Positions 22,261 to 32,003 of a DNA stretch of 32,003 nt are shown here, one piece after another. Every line of letters starts with the position of its first letter. The stretch's first letter is position 1. The translations under genes and the position numbers were made by a program. The notes under the pieces are model-generated. The model saw only the letters and a list, made by a program, of their open reading frames with translations. It made no database searches and had not been told where the DNA came from. The DNA is from Octopus bimaculoides (lineage: Eukaryota). The stretch covers positions 177,251,209 through 177,283,211 of the forward strand of contig NC_068982.1 of assembly GCF_001194135.2 (NCBI RefSeq), read 5' to 3'.

Positions 22261-22444
22261 ACTGAGGTAAGGTAACGTTCGTCACCATCGTCATCACAAC
22301 CATTAGTTTTCGACATCTGAAAGTTTCAAGCAAAAAGCAGCGCATGCCATGAAATTGACACTGGGGTACAAATATATGAATCCTGAATACTTGCCCCTCT
22401 ATTATTATAATGAATAATTGACTTGCCCCTCTATTATTATTGTT

Positions 22445-22760
22445 GTTGTTATTTCGCTTTATCATAGGTTTTGTTGGAGCTCCTGGAATCTTGCATGCAT
22501 AGCGGGCTTACCACCTGCAGCCTACAGTACCATCCAGTCCGTTCTTTTCAGCTATCTCATACTTTCTTGATTATTGTGGCCGTACCAAGGAGGCAGATCT
22601 TTTGTAAGAGTTCTACTGGACACTCTATTCTAATTTTCTTAATAGTCCTCTTCATACCTTCTGATATTGTTCTCAAGGTCCCAACAATAACTGGTACTGT
22701 CTTCTCCTTCAGTTCCCATAGCCGGGCTATTTCGTACTTAAGAGGGTTATATATTATTAT
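22445..22760 (-). mobile_element. Dong/R4-type LINE 3' end with (CAA/TAA)n tail
   Basis: YNPLKYEIARLWELKEKTVPVIVGTLRTISEG...CPVELLQKICLLGTATIIKKV*; aligns at DNA level to 19400-19590. Confidence 0.9.
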
Positions 22761-22794
22761 TATCAATTATTATTACGGCTTGCCTCAGGTTCTG

Positions 22795-22866
22795 TCTTAT
22801 TCCTGCTCGGGTTTATGTAGATAGCGGGTTACTACCTGTAACCTTAGGTGTCTACAAGTTTTCTGT
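22795..22866 (-). mobile_element. Probable very short 3' end of another Dong/R4-type copy
   Basis: gatagcgggttactacctgtaacct resembles atagcgggcttaccacctgcagcct at about 22499-22523; sits between two (TAA)n tracts. Confidence 0.5.
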
Positions 22867-22885
22867 ATTATTATTATTATTATTA

Positions 22886-22942
<57 letters not shown>
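22867..22942. repeat. (ATT)n microsatellite
   Basis: Directly visible. Confidence 0.98.
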
Positions 22943-22944
<2 letters not shown>

Positions 22945-23534
22945 TAGTCTTATTTTTATCACGTGCTTTCACTGCATTACTGAGCGCAGCTCTGTATGCC
23001 TTGGCTATGTCCTGTGGTTTGTTGTGATGCTCTCATTTTTACTGTATTGAAAGTGTTTTACGCAGGATGCGTGCGGCGCCTAGTAGTGCTATTTTCTGTA
23101 TGTTAGTCTGCTATTTTCTATGTGTTAGTATGCTTGTTAGTCGTGGTGATTTTGTTCTTTATTTGTCTGGATATTTTTTAACATACCTAATGCACCTACT
23201 ATGATAGGAATTGTTTTGCTTTTAGACTCCACATTAGACTCTATTTCCAGCTCTTTGTATTTTGAAAATTTCTCCGTTTCTTTTAGAGAAACATTATCAT
23301 CTGTTCGTATTGGCAAATCACTTAGAAAACATTTTCTTCTTGATGATCTCTGGCAACTATATCCGGCCTATTGGCCATCATTTCTCGATCTGTGTGTATT
23401 GGCATATCGCAGAGTATGGTTGATTTCTCATTTTCTGTGACCTTTTCTGGTGTGTGCTTACAACTTTTTTTTTCTGTTGTTATTCCATAGTGTTGGCACA
23501 GCTTCCAGTGTATATAGGTCCCAACTCTGTCGTG

Positions 23535-23535
<1 letters not shown>
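22945..23535 (-). mobile_element. Dong/R4-type LINE 3' end, a distinct subfamily
   Basis: RHDRVGTYIHWKLCQHYG...EKVTENEKSTILCDMPIHTDREMMANRPDIV...DNVSLKETEKFSKYKELEIE...TIPIIVGALGM, containing the REL endonuclease RPD and E.EK..KY motifs. Confidence 0.9.
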
Positions 23536-23682
<147 letters not shown>

Positions 23683-24209
23683 GTATATGCTGCAGAGTAC
23701 TACAGAACCCGTTACGTGAGTCAGTTTCAATATTTGTTTTACACTCCTTCGTTATCATTTATGTCCTACATTTTTCCTCAAATTTGTTAAGATGATCAGA
23801 AATCTCTTGGCTGGTGGTCTCTGATTGCTTTTGCCCCGTAAGTAGCTATATTTTGTCTTCATAAAACGCCCATTAAAAAAAAACAACAACATGGTGTCAT
23901 CAACTACCATCTGCAGATCATCAGCGAGGCAAACAATTTCTTTTGCTAGCGTACCAACAACTGAAGACTTACTTCCACCTCCGTCATTCACCTCCTAAGA
24001 CGACCAAGAGCTCAAGCGTAAACAGCAGCGGCAACAAAACCAAACGACTACAACTGAAACAACAACGATAACAACACTTCAATAATGTAGGAGCACGAGT
24101 AGCAAGCAACATCACAGGAAAAATCAGCAGCAGCAACATCACTTAACAACCGGTATCGCTTTCTTTGGGTTCCTGTAACTTAGCAGTTCGACAAAATAGA
24201 CCGTCTCGT

Positions 24210-24380
24210 GGTATTTTAGTCGAACTAATCGATCTCAGTACTTGATTACTTTTTACGTTTATTACATGTTTAATCAGTGTCTTCATCGAACCACTAATTT
24301 ACGCGGACGTAATGATTTAACACCAGTTGTCAATCGGTTGGGGGGGGGGGAACAACACAGACACAAAAGCACACACGTGC
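24210..24380 (-). mobile_element. Diverged SINE 3' half (family of 9967-10297)
   Basis: tagtcgaactaatcgatctcagtactt...gaaccactaatttacg...ccagttgtcaatcggttggggggggggaacaacacagacaca. Confidence 0.75.
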
Positions 24381-24383
24381 ATA

Positions 24384-24384
<1 letters not shown>

Positions 24385-24439
<55 letters not shown>

Positions 24440-24736
24440 ATATATATATATATATTGCATATATATGTATATATATATATTGCATATAAATGGTATGAGT
24501 AATCCTTGGATAGAATTTATAAACATCTAACGTATCACTACGCGCGTTTCTACATATCACAGTCTGCATTCCTGGGATGAGTACAGTGTGGTTCGTAATA
24601 ACTTCGGGCATCGTGTTGGGTCACCTTTTATGGATTCATTTCTTAGGGTTATATAATATTAGTAGATGTTTAACAGAGTGATGTTTATCTCTTGATTATA
24701 AACTGCGCATAGATATATAGAGATAAAGATAGATAC

Positions 24737-24825
<89 letters not shown>

Positions 24826-24868
24826 TATAGCTATATAGAGATATATATATATATATATATATATAGAG
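24385..24868. repeat. (TA)n (about 24385-24480) and (GATA)n(GACA)n(TA)n (about 24715-24868) microsatellites
   Basis: Directly visible; unique sequence lies between the two tracts. Confidence 0.9.
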
Positions 24869-25119
24869 NNNNNNNNNNNNNNNNNNNNNNNNNNNNNNNN
24901 NNNNNNNNNNNNNNNNNNNNNNNNNNNNNNNNNNNNNNNNNNNNNNNNNNNNNNNNNNNNNNNNNNNNNNNNNNNNNNNNNNNNNNNNNNNNNNNNNNNN
25001 NNNNNNNNNNNNNNNNNNNNNNNNNNNNNNNNNNNNNNNNNNNNNNNNNNNNNNNNNNNNNNNNNNNNNNNNNNNNNNNNNNNNNNNNNNNNNNNNNNNN
25101 NNNNNNNNNNNNNNNNNNN
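24869..25119. other. Assembly gap (N run)
   Basis: 251 N. Confidence 1.
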
Positions 25120-26039
25120 CCTTTCGTAGCATGCTATTTTATTTGAAATATTAATATTTTGTTGAAATGATATCCCTTTCTATATGGGAAAGCTAACAAT
25201 TGCCTCCAGGGTTTCGTTTTCTTTTTCCTACTAAGAGGGTTGTTTCAGAAAATTAAGACATTATCATTCGGCATTAAGTATCCCCCACCTTTTAATTGTC
25301 CAAATTCTCGCTATTGCGTCTTTTATATTGTCATAGCTTCTCTTACACGCACACACACACACACGCACACACACACACACACACACACGCACACACACAC
25401 ATATATATGCATTACCAAATACAGATGAGCAAGTACGCGCAAAACGCATAAAGTTATGGCATGCATAAGCCTATGAAAGGAAAACATAATGGATAATCTT
25501 GTTGAATTTCTCTATATAATATAGCGTATATTTTTACGAGCGGCACACATACGCACACACGCACGCAATCAGATACTTCCATACGCGCGCATGGAAATCG
25601 TTCACTCACAAATACATCCAGAAAAACTGATTTTCCAACACACCAACAGACGCATATACAGAAACATGATACTGTCGTCACCAATCTATTTGGATTGTGA
25701 TTAAAACTGAACAGGCTCATTGCGCTACTGGTGCTTCGATTATATTTTATGAATGCCTTCATGAAAACGCCTGTTTAGTTCAGGAAAAATTAGAAAGAAG
25801 ACGAAAATTAAGTCTAACATGCGTTAAAAGCAAGATGTTATGTTGCAGAAAAGATCACAACAAATATTTAAAAATCCAACCACAAAATACACGAATTCAT
25901 TTACATTATTGTTGAGATGTCTTTATAAGCAATGCCGCTAGTGGAAAAAAGGAAATACTATATAATATACGTAGGAGGATACATTGTGCACATACGTATG
26001 TGTGCGAGTGAGCGTTTTTTTGTGCATGGGAGCGTGTTT

Positions 26040-26077
26040 GGATGTGTGTGTGCGTGTGTGTGTGTGTGTGTGTGTGA

Positions 26078-26109
<32 letters not shown>

Positions 26110-26132
26110 TTCTTTGTGTGTGTATGTGTGTG
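26040..26132. repeat. (TG)n microsatellite
   Basis: Directly visible; a (CA)n tract is also present at about 25345-25400. Confidence 0.95.
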
Positions 26133-26761
26133 TATTATTATATTACTGTATTACTGGTCGTGACTAAAAATTCATTCATTCGGTCATAAGTGTTTTAATG
26201 GTAAGGAAATATATCGTTTTTTAGTTATTTCTCTCAACTATTGAAAATACATGACGATGAGTTGTTGTAGGCACGCATCGTTATCAACAGTACCTGAGTG
26301 TTCTTAAAATTTGCCCCGATCTACACTTCGCTTCTCATGGATATCACTTCCTCTCTATTCCTCTATCTATGCCTCTTACTTTCATTCTTCTTCTCTCTAT
26401 ATTTCTGAGACATTAAAATTTTTTGCTTGTATACATTATTTTTCCATTCACTTCTTTCACTTCCTTACTTTTCCTGTCTCTTTCTCTATTTGCACATCTC
26501 TTTGCTTCCCTCACAAGAACACCAACCAATAAAGGACTCTTTTATGCATCAAATGGGATTCAATTTTGATTGTAAGTATGTATGTATGCATGTATGTATG
26601 TAACGGTTGCCTTATCTTTCGCAGGAAATATACTTTGTTTTATTTTAAACGAGGATGCTAAGTTGTAGTGAAGTGATGGCCTTAGAAATTTAACAAATGG
26701 TAGATTCATATGAACGAACGAATCCAATGAGTGATTCCAGTTATGAAATTATCTTTCGCTT

Positions 26762-26891
<130 letters not shown>

Positions 26892-27689
26892 CTTCTTCTT
26901 TGTTCTTCTTCTTCATACAAGAAGCATTGTGGACAAAGGTAGGAATATATACTTTCAGGCATGTAATTTTGATTTTTCCTTCTTGGTTTGTGGATTTCCC
27001 CACGAAATGGATAGAAAATACAAATAAAACTATTCAAATTGGGACGAAAACAAATGAAGAAATTTGAAATTTTAATAGAATATACCTTCAAAGAACAAAA
27101 TAAACAAAAATCACATTCATGATGCTATACAAACGCTGTGACACACACAGTAAACTTGAAATAATAATATCAGGATTGTGTGAGTAATTCTTCTAAACAG
27201 AAACGCACGGGTTGCAGACAGCTATATAAACAACTGACAGATGGGTGCTTTATATCCATATAAATGATATTTCGAGATAATATTACAATGAAAATAATAG
27301 ACTATTATGTAACCTTCTAAAACAAATACCGTCACTTGGCATTGTTCCCAGGTTTTGCAGAAATATACCTTTGTAATTAATAAAATATTCAGAAGAAAAT
27401 AAATTGTAAAATTTATATTACGCCAACCCTTAGATAGGTAAAAATTATAGTTTGTAATATAAGCACATGGCCTGTATAGTTTTGGTGAAAGGGCACAGAG
27501 GGTTAAACTGATACCAGTGCTTAACTAGGACTTTATCAATCACTGGAGGCTGAAATAAAAGTTCACCGCGGCAAAATTTGGTTCCATAATATAAAGGAAT
27601 CTCGCTAAGTACTAAAAGCTATATTATCCAGAGCCCTATCGATTGTTTTAATTGACCGTTCTACTAAATGATAATTGCTTCTGGTTTAA

Positions 27690-27812
27690 ATATAAGACTG
27701 GAAATTTTGTGGTTTTTAGTCGATACTGCTACTCGAGTCCCAAAAAGGTGAAAAACAAGAATTGAACTAGTTGGGATTTGAACTCATCTTGCTAGACGTC
27801 CTAACGACTTGG
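27690..27812 (-). mobile_element. Highly diverged SINE remnant (family of 18885-19085)
   Basis: gggatttgaactc and gacgtcctaacgacttggcaaatcaactgcc resemble ggcgtcctaacatttctgtcagcttgctgcc. Confidence 0.5.
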
Positions 27813-27914
27813 CAAATCAACTGCCCTCATAATGAAAATATGTTGCTACTTTATTTTCTGTTAGTCTCATGGGAGGTGGAGTATAAATGCCAGGAGGAAT
27901 GACCTTCCTTATAG

Positions 27915-28116
27915 TATTTGAGGGGAATAACACTATTGTGAAGTACTGTGTAAAGTACTGTGCTCTGTGTTGCTATTCCGGTTGAAGTTTACACTAGATG
28001 CAAAGCTGAGAGAACCACAAGCCGGATTTCGACCCAGCAGATTGTACTGCGAACGAATATTCACACTGCACAACATCGTAGAACAATGCATGGAACACCA
28101 AGGACCACTAATACTA
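27915..28116 (+). mobile_element. RTE-clade LINE reverse transcriptase fragment
   Basis: GITLL...KVLC then LLFRLKFTLDAKLREPQAGFRPSRLYCERIFTLHNIVEQCMEHQGPLI, matching the RT LREEQAGFR...CxxQIFTLR.I.EQ motif. Confidence 0.85.
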
Positions 28117-28156
28117 ATGGTGGTGGTGGTGGTCGTCGTCATCGTCGTCGTCGTCG
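28117..28156. repeat. (GGT)n(CGT)n microsatellite
   Basis: Directly visible. Confidence 0.9.
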
Positions 28157-30124
28157 TGAATTTAATGGTAAGGATGATGGAGGGAAGATGGAGTGTTGAT
28201 GGTGGTGGTGAAGAAACGGGTATGGATCGTCGCGTCGTCATGGCGCTTAGTAATAAAATTTGCCCCAGCAGATTGTTTTGGGATGAAAAGGGGAATAGAG
28301 GCGCTTTTCCTCAACACTCATATTTAACTGGTATTTATATTATTTTTAGTGCATACTAAGCTTCGTATCATTTTATCATGTAAACAACTAAAATAGTCAG
28401 TCAATCATTGACAATGAATTATTCTTAATGGAACCAGTGACAGTTTAGCAGTTAAGGAACGTAGAAGTTAGCTCAATATATAATTAGTTTTACTGGAATA
28501 ATATAGAATATCACTTCCGTAAAGAAACCCACACCTGATTTCTAAGTAAATTATCTAGGACATAGCAGTGCTAGGATATTTAAATGTTACTATGACATTC
28601 TCACATAGCATTTGTTAAACATGAAATTTTTCACGCATTCACTTGGTGAAGTACCTAGAAGAGAGATGTACATAGAATGTCTTATACCGAGCGACATATT
28701 AAATCTGTTGTCTAAGATGAGAGCAGTTCATTTCAGGGCAATTTCGATCTACCAAATTTCACTCAGAATGCTCGAGTTTAACATGGTAGAAAATACTTTC
28801 CTAAACTACTGTGCACTGATAACAAACCTGGAACTTTGTGACTGCCAAATAAATTCATAACCTTACAGTTATAACTATGCCAATGTGCAGTAACTAAAGT
28901 TTCAATGTATCCAATGTTATATAACAGAGCAATAATAAAGTAGATAAGAATATAACATTTTTTATGTGAATGGCTGTCACATCATGATTTCTGTAGTTCT
29001 GATTTCATATTAAATAACTTACTAAACAGGTGCATTTCAATAATAGTAATAATAACAATTATAAAATTATAAAATTCGTCTGAAAACAGCGAATACATTT
29101 ACTAAACAAAATTTCCTACAAAATATTAGATCCTAGGGTAGTAGAAAACAGTATCGAAACTCAAAGTTTTAGCTGTAAATCTTAATCGATGCATTCGTGA
29201 CACTATTTCAGTGAGTCATTTTTCCATACTACGGTGTTTCATACATAACGAATAAATACCGGAAGAAAAATTCCCGATTAATTTGTAAAATAAATAAAAT
29301 ATTATTCCTGCAAAACAAAGAAAATACAAAAAAAAAAAATAGATGAGATTTAAACACCAATTAGTGACTTGCCATCTTGCAATTATTGCAATGAAATGGA
29401 AAAAAATAATCAAGTCTGCAAAATAAACTACATAACAGGAAACACTTTTAATATTAAAGAAATTGTGCATATAAATTATATTGTATTTTACTGGAAATAT
29501 TAAACGAGAATTTCGTTCATGAATGTAAAATGATTTTTTTTACTTCATTTGTTAAAGAAGCCATATTTTCAGCCCATTTTCAGTGCATTACCAAGGTCAG
29601 ATCTGTTTAATTTTCCACGTACTCAAGATAGCAAATTGCCATTCGTAGAAATTGATAGGATCGTTTTAAACACAATTAAAATTTTCGTGCTATTACTTGA
29701 TTTATGTGGTTTTAAACACTTAAACTCATGTATTTTGCAACACTTTTGAAGAAAAGTGTGATGTATTTCTAGATTTGTTGAATTTGTTTCATTTTTAATA
29801 AGAATATGGCTGAGGATAAGTACCTGAGTGAATCGTTTTGTATTCTGAACACGCAAACAGTAGAATCTGCAATATGTTCTAACTCTTTCCCCTAATTTAC
29901 CACATCCACAAACAAAACCGATACACAGGCATCACAAACACATTTGTTCTCTCTCTCACCTCAAAATATTTACCAAACAGAAAATTTCTTTTCAATAATC
30001 GGGACATCCAATCACTGCTTGATGACAGCTGTTTAGCCCACAATCACATACTCCTGATGTCCCGTTTACTTAGTGATCAAGTCAGCCAAACAGACCACGC
30101 TATGCTAGTATCATACCTACAACC

Positions 30125-30292
30125 TTTTTCTTCACTTGAAGGCCAGTAAATATTTCAACCCGCAACAATTACTAACACTCTACAAAGCTCAAGTGATGTG
30201 TATTATGAAATATTACTCCTATATATGGATGGGATCATGTTACTTCTTCACACATAGACATGACAACTTGGACCACATCCATCGCAGAACCA
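30125..30292 (+). mobile_element. LINE (CR1/L2/Jockey-type) post-RT fragment; may extend upstream to about 29900
   Basis: ASKYFNPQQLLTLYKAQVMCIMKYYSYIW...LDHIHRR matches the L..LYKA.VRP.MEYCS.IW...LD.IQRR consensus. Confidence 0.75.
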
Positions 30293-31129
30293 CTTTTGTA
30301 GGGTATGGAATTCAGTTGTTGTTCATAGTCATATCAAAGTCATCCCATCTAGGATTCATAACTTCTTCCTTATCCACAAATTCCATGTAGTACTAAACTA
30401 TCAGTTGTGTTCTGTAATTTTAAAAATATATTTCGTTAGATATCATTTAAGGGATATTTGTCTTCTGTTTCTGCACGATAGGTCGACTAAGTAGGTCCTC
30501 CCTCATAGGCTCTAAAGCGGTGGAGCTGAGAGTAATTTAATGATATTGCTTATTAACTCAACGGGCTGTTTGAAGAAATAATATTCTTTTGTAGTTACTA
30601 AGATCTACAAATATTTGTCGGATATGATTGATGGCAGTAACACAGCAATATGCTTATTCATATATGTCCATCGATTCTCAATGACTTTTCTCTTAACATT
30701 ACCAAAGAATAGAAGCTGATGCATGCATCGAAAATTAAATTGGTTTACTTAGCGCTTTATTAAGTCACCCTGACATATTGTGTGAATTTTACATAATAAA
30801 TACACTGGAATATCTTGATTTGCTCAGCTTTCTTGGCAGTTGTGAACCAATGTATGTGTGGGGTTTGTTTTCAGTTATGGACTATTTTGATCGTATAACT
30901 CAAGAAATATTGAGTGATAAAAAGTTGCTTGTAGCCAAAGTCACCCACCTAATATTGCAGAGTTGCTAAAATTATATGTTAGTTACAATGTAAAACAGAG
31001 TAAATCAGTTTAATGATTATTTCGATTTAATCTGTTTTACATTGTAACTAACTAATAATTGAGGATGGCAGATTGTACGACATTTCATATAGAGATCGGT
31101 TTTGAGTAGATGTGTGTACGCATGCATGC

Positions 31130-31182
<53 letters not shown>
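31130..31182. repeat. (TA)n microsatellite
   Basis: Directly visible; another TA-rich tract runs from about 31915 to 32003. Confidence 0.97.
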
Positions 31183-31186
<4 letters not shown>

Positions 31187-31453
31187 ACAACTGTCCGACG
31201 AACGGTAACGTGAAACTCTGAGTTACAGTTTGCAAAGATCTTTCTTGGTTTCTTACTCTCTATTTTCCTTTTACACTTTCGTTTTTTTCTCCCTTCCCTT
31301 CTCTTATTCTTCAGTTTTCTCTCTTCCTTTCTCTTACTATTTTACCTCCTCTTCTTCCTCTCCTTTTTCTCTCTTATCCTATCTCCAAATCTTTTCCTCT
31401 CCCCTTCACAGTTCTTTTTGCGACTCTCTCTCCCTCACTCTTTCTCCTTTGCT

Positions 31454-31470
31454 CACGTGGCTCCCACGTG
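31454..31470. promoter_or_regulatory. Paired E-boxes, CACGTG-N5-CACGTG (ChoRE-type architecture)
   Basis: cacgtg gctcc cacgtg. The motif is seen directly; its function is inferred only. Confidence 0.35.
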
Positions 31471-31959
31471 ACCATCGGCTATTTTTCTTTCTTCTCCTAA
31501 CCTGTGTTTCATTCTTTCTTCCTGTTGCAGCTGGACAATGAAGACGTTTTCTTGTCTGTCTCCTGTCCAAGCTTGTTTCTTCGCGTTCGACACCACAACC
31601 TAGTTTAGGCTTAGCGGCCCTTCCTGTTTATTTTCACTGTACTGTTTTTGTCACCAATTCTGACAATCCGCAAAATCCCAAATTTTATTTAACTGCTTTG
31701 CGGGAGCAACTGTTTTATCGGAGGTGTATCTTGTCGTGAATTGCTCGAAATGCAGATTACAAAAACAGCCGACAACTGATGAAGGTTCGTTCTTTGTGTT
31801 GTTTGTCTTGTTTTCCATTTGTTTATTTCGTTGTTCGCAAAAAAGTTCATAGTCCATGTCCTCGTACTTCATATTTTTGTTCTTTACGTTTGTGACATCT
31901 TGTGCCCACATATGCATACGTATACATGTAAGTATGTACGTATACGTATGTATATATGC

Positions 31960-32003
<44 letters not shown>

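Noticed and set aside
23755-23991. CLADDL read as an RT catalytic motif
   Set aside because: No other RT motifs flank it.
31651-31917. 88-aa minus ORF
   Set aside because: It starts in a microsatellite edge, is N/K-rich from composition, and has no recognisable domain or splice signals.

Overview
This is AT-rich eukaryotic, repeat-dominated scaffold sequence with eight N-gaps (about 3.1 kb in total). The SINE and LINE families look like those I recognise from octopus genomes, so the source is probably Octopus or a related cephalopod (inference from memory, not searched). No intact gene is identifiable, and there is no rRNA, true tRNA gene, CRISPR array or prokaryotic system. Retroelement content: a Penelope-like GIY-YIG fragment that the ORF track misses (2-410), a deleted RTE LINE (about 9050-9930), a 2.2 kb decayed CR1-like LINE (14311-16536), a 4 kb stack of same-orientation Dong/R4-type (REL endonuclease) LINE copies separated by (TAA)n tails (19310-23535), two more LINE RT scraps, and many tRNA-derived SINEs and microsatellites. 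Several splice-site-bounded candidate exons exist on both strands; the best is an 81-nt minus-strand exon at 7975-8055. The most striking non-TE signal is a perfect CACGTG-N5-CACGTG (ChoRE-type) element at 31454-31470. I could not demonstrate a new biological system. Most long ORFs in the supplied track are microsatellite or N artefacts. TE boundaries are approximate.
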